Below are positions 1 to 8,498 of a stretch of 64,000 nt of DNA, in pieces. Each line of letters starts with the position of its first letter. Within the stretch, counting starts at the first letter, position 1. The notes beneath the pieces are model-generated. The model worked only from the letters and a program-made list of their open reading frames with translations, searched no databases and was not told the DNA's origin. A program made the translations under genes and the position numbers. The stretch is from Candidatus Moraniibacteriota bacterium (GTDB lineage: Bacteria; Patescibacteriota; Minisyncoccia; Moranbacterales; UBA1568), in the NCBI GenBank assembly GCA_028688415.1, contig JAQTYF010000001.1, forward strand, positions 80,627 to 144,626. Direction: 5' to 3'.

Positions 1-66
1 ACTTTTTTTGTCTCGATTTTTTATTCTTTTATTGAAAAATGAAGTATTGATTAGAAATTCTTTTCT

Positions 67-774
67 ATGATCATCAGTGGTATTCAAAAATTCACTCTCT
101 TGGACTTTCCTGGGAAAATAGCGTGCATCATCTTTACCGGTGGGTGCAATTATCGTTGTGGTTTTTGTCACAATCCGGAATTTGTTCTGCCGGAAGAACT
201 GGCGAAGATTTCCAAGAATTTCATTCCCGAAGAAGTAGTATTCAATTTTCTGAAGGAACGACAAGGGATGCTTCAGGGAGTAGTGATTACGGGTGGCGAG
301 CCGACGATTATGCCTGATCTCGAAGCATTTATTATGAAAGTGCGAGCGCTCGGATTTGCCGTGAAGCTCGATTCCAATGGCAATCGTCCAGAAGTACTCC
401 GTTCACTTATCGAGAAAAAATTGGTAGACTATATCGCGATGGATTTCAAGACGAGTCTCCCAGAATATCAGAAGCTCGTCGGGAAGTGGGCCGACAGAGA
501 GAAATTGCAGGAGAGTATCGATATGCTCAAGGATGGGAATGTCGACTATGAATTTCGTTCTACACTCATCAGAGAAATTCACACACCAGAAATTCTGCAA
601 GCGATGAGTGAAACGCTCGAGGGAGCCAATCGCCTCTATCTCCAGACATTTCGTAACGGCATCACACTTCATCCTGATTTCAAGAACTACCACCCATTTT
701 CTTCTGATGAAATGGAAGATATCGCCAAGCTTTTCAGAACAACAATTTCGGAGGTGTTCGTCCGCGGAGAATAA
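67..774 (+). CDS. nrdG: Anaerobic ribonucleoside-triphosphate reductase activating protein (radical SAM)
   Basis: FTGGCNYRCGFCHNP (CxxxCxxC) and ITGGEPT; N-terminus GIQKFTLLDFPG typical of the NrdG2/PflA-like family. Confidence 0.8.
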   Translation: MIISGIQKFTLLDFPGKIACIIFTGGCNYRCGFCHNPEFVLPEELAKISKNFIPEEVVFNFLKERQGMLQGVVITGGEPTIMPDLEAFIMKVRALGFAVKLDSNGNRPEVLRSLIEKKLVDYIAMDFKTSLPEYQKLVGKWADREKLQESIDMLKDGNVDYEFRSTLIREIHTPEILQAMSETLEGANRLYLQTFRNGITLHPDFKNYHPFSSDEMEDIAKLFRTTISEVFVRGE

Positions 775-795
775 GAGATGTGCTAGAGTGGAGGT

Positions 796-1605
796 ATGAA
801 ACAGAAATTCCTCTTTATTCTTTTGATGTTTTGTACGCTCGGAATGGCGATAGGATTTTTTGTTGTTTCTGTTGTGAGACAATCGAATGTCACTTCGGTT
901 CAGGATATCCCTCAGGGAGAGAAGGTAGAAGAAGAAAAGAACAGACCAATTGTTACTTCAGATGAAAAGAAAGAGTCTGATGAAAACAGGTCTGTCGAAA
1001 GAGAACCAAAAAAAGTGAGAGAAAGTAGTTTCCTCGAGAACGTTCCTTTTACGACACAGGCACCATTCGGAGAATGGGATGATCCAGTGTTTCAGAACGG
1101 TTGCGAGGAGGCAGCTCTCGTGATGGCAGAGTATTGGCTCACAGGAAAACCGTTGACGAAAGAAATCGCCAAGAAAGAAATCATCGCTCTCTCGAAATTT
1201 CAGAAAAAGACAATAGGACAATCAATCGACACATCTACAGAAGATACGGAAAAACTTCTCAGAGAATATTATAGTGTCACGACATCGACTGTGCAGACAA
1301 ATATCACACTTCTCGATATACGGGAAGCACTTTCTTCTGGAGTGCTCGTCATCGTACCAGCGGATGGGAGGAAACTTCATAATCCGAATTACACACAACC
1401 AGGACCGACGACACATATGTTGGTTATCATCGGATATGATGCCGAAAAGCAGGAATTCATCACCAATGATTCAGGCACTCGGAATGGCAAGGGATATCGA
1501 TATAGGGAAGATGTCTTGTTTGAAGCGATCAGAGATTATCCTACGGGGAATCATCTGCCTATACCAAAAATCGAAAAGAGTATGATCATTGTGAGAAAAG
1601 AGTAG
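796..1605 (+). CDS. Membrane-anchored peptidase C39-like family protein
   Basis: N-terminal TM helix; VPFTTQAP, QNGCEEA (Cys), HMLVIIGYD (His) and ITNDSG motifs. Confidence 0.75.
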   Translation: MKQKFLFILLMFCTLGMAIGFFVVSVVRQSNVTSVQDIPQGEKVEEEKNRPIVTSDEKKESDENRSVEREPKKVRESSFLENVPFTTQAPFGEWDDPVFQNGCEEAALVMAEYWLTGKPLTKEIAKKEIIALSKFQKKTIGQSIDTSTEDTEKLLREYYSVTTSTVQTNITLLDIREALSSGVLVIVPADGRKLHNPNYTQPGPTTHMLVIIGYDAEKQEFITNDSGTRNGKGYRYREDVLFEAIRDYPTGNHLPIPKIEKSMIIVRKE

Positions 1606-1655
1606 ATTTTTTGTGATATAATAGAGGTATAATATGCTAATTAAAAAAGACTGTC

Positions 1656-1796
1656 GTTTTTTACAAGAATCTTTCTGGGAGAGTTGGAGTTTTTTCGAGC
1701 ACGGTGCCGTCGTCTTCGACGGATCGAAAAAAATCCATAAGAGAAATTCACCGCTGGGTGAATGAATGGCTCCCAGAAAGGTTACTTGTAAAAAAC
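1656..1796 (+). repeat. Structured intergenic repeat, family A copy 1 (branched hairpin)
   Basis: GTTTTTTACAAG/CTTGTAAAAAAC and CTTTCTGGGAG/CTCCCAGAAAG stems with two inner hairpins; homologous to 27372-27522 and 51919-51993. Confidence 0.85.
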
Positions 1797-1816
1797 ATGG
1801 TAAATAATATACACCT

Positions 1817-2164
1817 ATGGGACTTTTTTTCTCATCGAAGAAACCAGCCGTTCCTACGACACCGAGTGCGAAAGGAAGCGTTTCTTTGGCACACAAATAT
1901 GATCGCAATAGTAGAGGGCGCATCACTGAAACGGAATTCAAATTTCTCGAAACGAGATTGAAACAAGAAATGAGTCATTCTGATGCGAAGCGAATTCTCG
2001 AGGGGATCCGTCCAAACCTCGATTCCGATGGACACTATGGTGGCAAGAATATCAGCACAAAAGAAGCGAATGACTCACTGGACTATATGAAAAGGAATCA
2101 TCACAGCGGATTGTCAAACAGCGATATCGAAAAAGCGCGAGATATTTTGAGCGAATACCAATAA
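1817..2164 (+). CDS. Hypothetical protein
   Basis: 115-aa ORF filling the gap in the same orientation as its neighbours; no recognisable motif. Confidence 0.7.
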   Translation: MGLFFSSKKPAVPTTPSAKGSVSLAHKYDRNSRGRITETEFKFLETRLKQEMSHSDAKRILEGIRPNLDSDGHYGGKNISTKEANDSLDYMKRNHHSGLSNSDIEKARDILSEYQ

Positions 2165-2183
2165 TACGATTCTGGAAGTTTGT

Positions 2184-2741
2184 ATGAGAGAGATGACTGT
2201 GTCTGATGAAAATGGCAACATTGTCTGTGTGGTCAAGAAAAATATACGGGCTCGTGCTCTGCGACTGGTCATCCAGAAGGATGGAAGAATAACACTTACT
2301 CTTCCATTTTTCATTTCGTATGAGCAGGGGCGACGTTTTCTCCAGAGTAAGCAAGAATGGATTTGTGAGAAAGTACGAGCATTCCTCTCGGCACCACAGC
2401 ACCTCATCCATCGAGGGAGTGTAGAAGAATACAAGGCGTCTCAGAAAGAGGCAAGAAAACTTATTGAAGCTCGTCTCATATATTTCCAGAATGCGTACGA
2501 TGTACATTGGAATCGTGTGAGTATACGCAATCAAAGTACGCGCTGGGGGAGCTGCTCACGTCATGGCAACCTCTCATTCAACTACCGTTTGCTTCTCCTC
2601 CCTCCGCACCTCTGTGACTATGTGATTGTGCACGAACTCTGTCATTTGCGAGAAATGAATCATTCACCGAAATTCTGGGCACTCGTAGCGCTCACCTTTC
2701 CAGACTATAAGAAACTTCGACAAGAAATGCGATTGTTGTGA
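2184..2741 (+). CDS. YgjP/DUF45 zinc metallohydrolase family protein
   Basis: RWGSCS and YVIVHELCHL..MNHS..FW (HExxH) signatures. Confidence 0.85.
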   Translation: MREMTVSDENGNIVCVVKKNIRARALRLVIQKDGRITLTLPFFISYEQGRRFLQSKQEWICEKVRAFLSAPQHLIHRGSVEEYKASQKEARKLIEARLIYFQNAYDVHWNRVSIRNQSTRWGSCSRHGNLSFNYRLLLLPPHLCDYVIVHELCHLREMNHSPKFWALVALTFPDYKKLRQEMRLL

Positions 2742-2780
2742 AACATATGAGAAATCTATAGTTTTTGATTTATCTTTTTA

Positions 2781-2950
2781 GAGAATTATCAAAAGCCAAT
2801 TTTTCATCATCGTTCCACCTCTCACAAGAGCTCTCAGTATTACGAAAAAAGCAGTCTCCAATCTACACAATCACAACTTCTTTTTTCGATCTGAGAGCTC
2901 TTGCTCAGTCAGTGTGGAAAGGATGATGAAAAATTCTTTTGACAATTCTC
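2781..2950 (-). repeat. Rod-shaped hairpin element, family B copy 1
   Basis: Nested inverted repeats GAGAATTATCAAAAG/CTTTTGACAATTCTC, AATTTTTCATCATC/GATGATGAAAAATT and CAAGAGCTCTCAG/CTGAGAGCTCTTG; its reverse complement aligns to 2996-3168. Confidence 0.85.
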
Positions 2951-2995
2951 CTCACAAGTTGGGCTGTTTTATGAGAATGTGAGGTCTCTTCTCCT

Positions 2996-3168
2996 CTCTT
3001 TCAATACCCAAAAGAATTTTTTGTTGGTTGCTCCACTTGTTTGAGACGGCCTTCTTTGATCGAAAAATTTCCTATGGATGCCGTAGAATGAGGGAATATT
3101 TTTCATAAGCAAAGAAGGCCGGTGAGGCTGGAGCAGAGACAAAAGATTGCTTTTGGGTTTTGAAAGAG
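2996..3168 (+). repeat. Rod-shaped hairpin element, family B copy 2
   Basis: Nested inverted repeats CTCTTTCAATACCCAAAAG/CTTTTGGGTTTTGAAAGAG, TGCTCCA/TGGAGCA and GGCCTTCTTTG/CAAAGAAGGCC. Confidence 0.85.
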
Positions 3169-3201
3169 TTGCACTTCAGAATAGAATTCAGTTACTCAGG
3201 C

Positions 3202-3230
3202 TTGACAGGACTGCTTTTTCCTGCTTTAAT
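3202..3230 (+). promoter_or_regulatory. Sigma70-type promoter for the DEAD-box helicase
   Basis: TTGACA-17 nt-TTTAAT. Confidence 0.6.
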
Positions 3231-3460
3231 GAAGTTCTTACTCTAGAGCCTTTTAGATGGTTCTACATTCCTTTGATTGAGTCATATCCTCTAATCTGAA
3301 GGGAAGAGATAAGACTTAATCACTAAGGGGTCTTTCCTTTTAGCACATTTCTTTGTTACAAGTTCCGGTACTCACCGCTGTATGCGACATACAGCTTGTT
3401 CTGTTCCTCACTTGCGCCTCGAACTGTACATAAAAGTAAAAAACCCTCTATATATCGAAT

Positions 3461-4666
3461 ATGTTTAGTAGAAACTCGAGGGGACGATCTCCTCAAAGAA
3501 GCGTGTCCGCAAACCGTGCTGGCCGACCAAATATGAGAGGACGACGCAAACGTCCCGCAGAGCGTGAGCTCGATTTCACACAATTTGTGAAAAAAGCAGT
3601 GCAAACAACAGAAGTAGAAGCTTTCAATCCGACACACAAGTTCGCTGATTTTGAAATGCACAGCAAATTGAAGGCCAATGTCGCCAAAGCAGGATATGTT
3701 CATCCGACACCTATTCAGGACGGGGCTATTCCTCATATTTTGGAAGGCAAAGATGTGATCGGCGTAGCGAACACTGGTACCGGGAAAACAGCAGCTTTCC
3801 TTTTGCCACTCATTCACAAGACATTCAAGCACCCGACAGAAAAAGTATTGATCATTATCCCAACTCGCGAACTCGCACTTCAGATCGAAGACGAACTCCG
3901 TAAATTTGCTGATGGATCAGGACTCCGTTCTGCACTTTGTATCGGTGGATCACACATGGGAGATCAGATTCGTAGTCTCTCCCGCAATCCGAGCTTTGTT
4001 ATCGGAACACCGGGACGATTGAAAGACCTCGTCGAACGTGGCAAACTCCATCTCACAGATTTCAACAATGTGGTGCTCGACGAAGTAGATCGTATGCTTG
4101 ATATGGGATTTATCAACGATATCAAATATCTCATCGCACTGCTCAAAACCCCTCGTCAGTCTCTTTTCTTCTCTGCTACGATGCCGAGAGAAATTGCAGA
4201 ATTGACCAAGAAGTTTTCGAACAACGCTGTGACCATCACGATCAAATCCCGAGCGACTTCAGAAAATGTCGATCAGGATGTCGTACGAGTCTTGCCGAAA
4301 GAAGACAAGCTCGAGGTACTCCATAACCTCCTCCTCAAACCAGAGTTTACGAAAGTCCTCATTTTCGGACGAACAAAACACGGTGTAGAGAAACTCGCGA
4401 TGCGTCTCGAAGAACGTGGTTTCAAATCTGATTCTATTCATGGTGATAAATCACAGTCTCAACGCCAGCGTGCCCTCCGTCGTTTCAAACAGGATGAAAT
4501 CATCATCCTCGTCGCAACCGATGTAGCTGCTCGTGGACTCGACATCCCGGATGTTTCACACGTCATCAACTACGAACTCCCGGAAAATTACGAAGACTAT
4601 ATCCACCGCATCGGTCGTACCGGTCGTGGATCCAAGAAAGGCAATGCTTTGACATTCGTCGACTAA
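3461..4666 (+). CDS. DEAD-box ATP-dependent RNA helicase (RhlE/DeaD-like)
   Basis: Q motif PTPIQ, TGTGKT, PTRELA, DEVD, SAT, ARGLD and HRIGRTGR. Confidence 0.95.
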   Translation: MFSRNSRGRSPQRSVSANRAGRPNMRGRRKRPAERELDFTQFVKKAVQTTEVEAFNPTHKFADFEMHSKLKANVAKAGYVHPTPIQDGAIPHILEGKDVIGVANTGTGKTAAFLLPLIHKTFKHPTEKVLIIIPTRELALQIEDELRKFADGSGLRSALCIGGSHMGDQIRSLSRNPSFVIGTPGRLKDLVERGKLHLTDFNNVVLDEVDRMLDMGFINDIKYLIALLKTPRQSLFFSATMPREIAELTKKFSNNAVTITIKSRATSENVDQDVVRVLPKEDKLEVLHNLLLKPEFTKVLIFGRTKHGVEKLAMRLEERGFKSDSIHGDKSQSQRQRALRRFKQDEIIILVATDVAARGLDIPDVSHVINYELPENYEDYIHRIGRTGRGSKKGNALTFVD

Positions 4667-4740
4667 GCAGGAATCTTCATTCCAAGAAATACGAAGAATG
4701 TACTGAGCGGTTGAATCGCTCAGTGAAGTCTTCACTGGCA

Positions 4741-4776
4741 AAAAAAGTTCTGCTGTGTAGCAGGACTCTTTTTTTT
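4741..4776 (+). terminator. Intrinsic terminator
   Basis: AGTTCTGCT-GTGT-AGCAGGACT followed by a T-run, preceded by an A-run. Confidence 0.7.
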
Positions 4777-4812
4777 AGGCTATACTAAAGAAGCTCTTTT
4801 TTGAAGATTACT

Positions 4813-5517
4813 ATGCATTTCTTTCATGCTATCGAACAATTTATTACTCATTTTTCGACGACAGTGCCTCTGCCGGTGTTTGTGTTTGTAGGATCTTTTT
4901 TAGAAGAAGTCATTAGTCCTATCCCTTCTGCTCTCGTGATGGGAACGGCTGGGACGCTGGCGATGATTGAGGGCAATCCGTTCTCGTACCTTTTTCTTCT
5001 GGCCGCTATCGGCAACATAGGAAAGGCGAGTGGTGCCTGGATCTACTATTTCATCGGTGACAAACTTGAAAATATTCTCGTGAAGCCACTAACAAAATAT
5101 TTCGGTATCAATCATCATGATATCGAGAATATCGGAAAACGTTTTACAGGACATCACTGGAAGGATGGAGGTGTTTTGTTTCTTATCCGTCTCTTCCCAC
5201 CGTTCCCGACGACACCAGTTTCTCTTGCGTGTGGAATTATCAAGATGGATACCAGAGTGTTTCTCGCTGCGACCTACGCCGGGAACTTTTTCAAAGATCT
5301 TCTTTATCTGTATATCGGGTACGCAGGTTTCGCGAGTCTCCATTTTCTCTGGCATCAGACCAACAAAATGAAACTCGGAGTAGATATTATAGTTACATTG
5401 GCCATTATTGCATTTTTCGTCTTTTTATTCTTTCATCAGAGAAGGGGAAAGAAATTTCTTCGCCATTGTCAGAGTCATTCTGTTGATTTTTTGAATTTTT
5501 TGAAGAGAAAAAAATAG
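4813..5517 (+). CDS. DedA/VTT family membrane protein
   Basis: LEEVISPIPS and IRLFPP..P.SLACG motifs, several TM helices; ATG 4813 preferred to TTG 4801. Confidence 0.8.
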   Translation: MHFFHAIEQFITHFSTTVPLPVFVFVGSFLEEVISPIPSALVMGTAGTLAMIEGNPFSYLFLLAAIGNIGKASGAWIYYFIGDKLENILVKPLTKYFGINHHDIENIGKRFTGHHWKDGGVLFLIRLFPPFPTTPVSLACGIIKMDTRVFLAATYAGNFFKDLLYLYIGYAGFASLHFLWHQTNKMKLGVDIIVTLAIIAFFVFLFFHQRRGKKFLRHCQSHSVDFLNFLKRKK

Positions 5518-5518
5518 T

Positions 5519-7606
5519 ATGTCCGTATTCACATTACGAAGCAAATACAAACCAGCAGGGGATCAGCCAGAGGCCATCGCTTCTTTGATGCGTGGATTGA
5601 AGAAAAAAATGCGGTTCCAGACACTCCTCGGTGTCACAGGATCAGGCAAGACTTTTACTGCGGCCAATATCATTGCTCAGAATGACCAACCGACCCTCGT
5701 CATCGCTCACAACAAGACACTCGCCGCTCAACTCGCACAGGAGTATCAGGAATTTTTTCCCGATCATGCCGTGCACTATTTCGTCTCATACTACGACTAC
5801 TATCAGCCAGAAGCATATATGCCAGCCTCTGATACGTACATCGAGAAAGACGCACAGATCAACGCAGAGATTGACCGTCTCCGTCACGCTACCACGCAGT
5901 CGCTCCTCACCCGTCGTGACGTGATCATTGTCGCTTCCGTTTCCTGTATCTATGGATTAGGGAGTCCAGAAGAATACAAGAAAGAAAATATGCATCTCGA
6001 AATCGGTATGCGGATGGTGCGGACAGAGCTCCTTCACAAGCTCGTCTCTATCTTCTTCGAACGCACCAATGCTGATCTTGGCCCGGGACAATTCCGTAGT
6101 ATCGGCAATCGAGTCGAGATCATGCCAATCTCGGATACATTCACCTATTTGCTCGAGATAGAGAGTGGGAAACTCGTACATATCACCAAGATCGATCCTG
6201 TCTCCCAAAAAATCCTCGATACACCAGAAAATATTTTTCTTTTTCCTGCAAAACATTTCATCACTGATCCAAAACAGAAAGAAAAAGCGATCGTCTCGAT
6301 CCGTCAGGAACTTACGAAACAATTGAAAGTACTGGAAGCTGAAGGCAAACCACTCGAGGTGGAGCGTCTGAAACGTCGGACGAACTATGATCTCGCGATG
6401 ATGCAGGAGATCGGCTATTGCAATGGTGTCGAGAACTATTCCCGTCATCTCTCTGGAAAAAAACCAGGTGATCCGCCAGAAACACTGCTCTCATATTTCC
6501 CACACCATGAGGATGGAACACCAGACTTCCTCACGATCATCGATGAGTCACACGTGACCATACCTCAACTGCGTGGTATGTATGCCGGTGACCAGTCTCG
6601 CAAGAAGACGCTCGTCGAATACGGTTTCCGTCTCCCGAGTGCTCTCGACAACAGACCACTCCGTTCTGAAGAATTCCTCGAACGAGTAGGACAGATTGTA
6701 TTCACTTCGGCGACACCAGCAGACTATGAACGAGAGGTGAGTAGCCAGATAGTGGAGCAGGTTATCCGACCGACTGGACTGATCGATCCTGAGACGACGG
6801 TGCTTCCTGTACGAGAGAAAGACGAGCCTGTCCGCAATGCTTCCGTTTCGGATGCAGGAGGGTATCCAGGACAGATCGGAGATTTTATCAGACAGACTGA
6901 AGAAGAAATAAAAAAGGGTGGACGTGTCATCGCGACGACACTGACGAAGAAAATGGCCGAAGACCTGAGTACCTATCTGAAAGAACGTGGCGTGAAAGCA
7001 GAATACCTCCACAGTGATATCAAAACGATCGATCGTATCAAAATCCTCACGTCTTTTCGTAAGGGTGATTTCGACTGTCTCGTCGGAGTGAACCTGCTCC
7101 GCGAAGGTCTCGATCTTCCCGAAGTTACATTCATCGGTATTCTCGATGCTGATAAAGAAGGATTCCTCCGCTCCGAGACATCGCTCATCCAGATCATCGG
7201 GAGGGCTGCTCGCAATGTGAACGGACGAGTCGTCCTCTATGCTGATCGTATGACGGGATCGATGGAATATGCTCTCCGCGAGACCAATCGTCGTAGGAAA
7301 TTGCAGATAGAATATAATACGAAACACGGTATCACTCCGCAAACCATTCAGAAAAAAATTCACGATATTACCGAATCGATGGAGAGCGATCATGCCAAAG
7401 CCGTACGTGCAAACGTCACCCTCGATGAAGAAATATTTGCCAAGAATCCAGAGAAACTCATCCGTTTGAAAGGAAAAGAAATGCAGTCAGCCGTGAAAGA
7501 ACTCGATTTCGAGACGGCCGCTATCCTCCGCGATGAGATACGTGCCCTCGAAGAATCGATAGGCGGGAAAAAGAAGAAGCGCCCCGTCCGTTCCAAGATG
7601 TTTTAG
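5519..7606 (+). CDS. uvrB: Excinuclease ABC subunit B
   Basis: GVTGSGKT, FVSYYDYYQPEAY, DESH, NLLREGLD and a C-terminal UVR motif. Confidence 0.98.
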   Translation: MSVFTLRSKYKPAGDQPEAIASLMRGLKKKMRFQTLLGVTGSGKTFTAANIIAQNDQPTLVIAHNKTLAAQLAQEYQEFFPDHAVHYFVSYYDYYQPEAYMPASDTYIEKDAQINAEIDRLRHATTQSLLTRRDVIIVASVSCIYGLGSPEEYKKENMHLEIGMRMVRTELLHKLVSIFFERTNADLGPGQFRSIGNRVEIMPISDTFTYLLEIESGKLVHITKIDPVSQKILDTPENIFLFPAKHFITDPKQKEKAIVSIRQELTKQLKVLEAEGKPLEVERLKRRTNYDLAMMQEIGYCNGVENYSRHLSGKKPGDPPETLLSYFPHHEDGTPDFLTIIDESHVTIPQLRGMYAGDQSRKKTLVEYGFRLPSALDNRPLRSEEFLERVGQIVFTSATPADYEREVSSQIVEQVIRPTGLIDPETTVLPVREKDEPVRNASVSDAGGYPGQIGDFIRQTEEEIKKGGRVIATTLTKKMAEDLSTYLKERGVKAEYLHSDIKTIDRIKILTSFRKGDFDCLVGVNLLREGLDLPEVTFIGILDADKEGFLRSETSLIQIIGRAARNVNGRVVLYADRMTGSMEYALRETNRRRKLQIEYNTKHGITPQTIQKKIHDITESMESDHAKAVRANVTLDEEIFAKNPEKLIRLKGKEMQSAVKELDFETAAILRDEIRALEESIGGKKKKRPVRSKMF
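6827..6862 (+). repeat. In-frame palindromic insertion in uvrB (PVRNASVSDAGG)
   Basis: 36-nt imperfect inverted repeat CCTG..TCCG-TTT-CGGA..CAGG, exactly 12 codons, in a normally short loop. Confidence 0.6.
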
Positions 7607-7617
7607 TCAAAAAAAAT

Positions 7618-8319
7618 ATGAACCCAGAAATTCGTGAACGATTCATCATTACTGCCGATGATTATGGAATCCGTCAAACAGCGGAGCCTATACTTCGTCT
7701 CGTACGTGCGGGCAAACTCGACCGTGTCGCCGTGATGATCCGCTATATCTCACCCGAGGAGGCACAGGCACTCCTTGAGACGGGCGTGAAAATTGATCTC
7801 CATCTCGAGCTTATCGATATATTAAAAAGCGGTGAGAAGATGTATGATGGAGTGATCAAACGCGGAATCAATTTCGTCTTTCGTCTCGGACTCGGTATCG
7901 TGACCGCAAAGAAAGCAGAGGAGGCATGGCGTACCCAGATCGATCATTTCCAGGAACTCTTCGGACGTGTGCCAGACGGACTCGACTCGCATGAGCATCT
8001 CCATTATTTCCCCTCATTTTTCAGAGCGTGTGCACGCCTCGCCGAGGAATATCATATTCCTTTCATTCGTTTTGGGAGAGAGGGACTCCTGCCAGGACTG
8101 CACGGATCTCTCACGGGGAAGATTCTTCATTTCTTCTCGAGGAGAACACAGAGACCGTTTGCTGAGACGCACCTCACCACGACTGACTATGTCGTCAGTC
8201 TCGACTGGTTTTCTGATTTCGCAGATTTCATCACCCATCTTCCGAAAGAGGGGACGATCGAGCTCGTCGTCCATCCCGAGCGAGACGAGGACTATGATTC
8301 AATATTGAAGCACTTCTAA
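7618..8319 (+). CDS. ChbG/HpnK (YdjC) family deacetylase
   Basis: ITADDYG, LHLEL, DSHEHLH and ELVVHP motifs. Confidence 0.85.
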   Translation: MNPEIRERFIITADDYGIRQTAEPILRLVRAGKLDRVAVMIRYISPEEAQALLETGVKIDLHLELIDILKSGEKMYDGVIKRGINFVFRLGLGIVTAKKAEEAWRTQIDHFQELFGRVPDGLDSHEHLHYFPSFFRACARLAEEYHIPFIRFGREGLLPGLHGSLTGKILHFFSRRTQRPFAETHLTTTDYVVSLDWFSDFADFITHLPKEGTIELVVHPERDEDYDSILKHF

Positions 8320-8447
8320 CAAGCCATTTGGTGGCTTTTTTTTCTTGACAACCTTTCTCCCCAAGGTGTATCATGCTATATGTAACTAGAGTAAACAAAT
8401 AAAATACTCTGAGAAAAGAATCATTCTTTTTGATTCGCAATTGAGAG

Positions 8448-8476
8448 TTGATATTTCTCTCGTTCTCTGGTATACT
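8448..8476 (+). promoter_or_regulatory. Sigma70-type promoter of uvrA
   Basis: TTGATA-17 nt-TATACT; implies a real start at ATG 8499. Confidence 0.6.
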
Positions 8477-8498
8477 ACATTTCCTTTTGATGATATGT

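Noticed and set aside
1704..1961. 85-aa ORF across family A copy 1
   Set aside because: Not conserved as a frame in the other copies, and it overlaps the better ORF 1817-2164.
2781..3168. Calling the rod hairpins 6S RNA or ribozymes
   Set aside because: The size fits 6S, but there is no clear large central bubble, there are multiple copies, and no hammerhead core (CUGANGA) was seen. Left unassigned pending cmscan.
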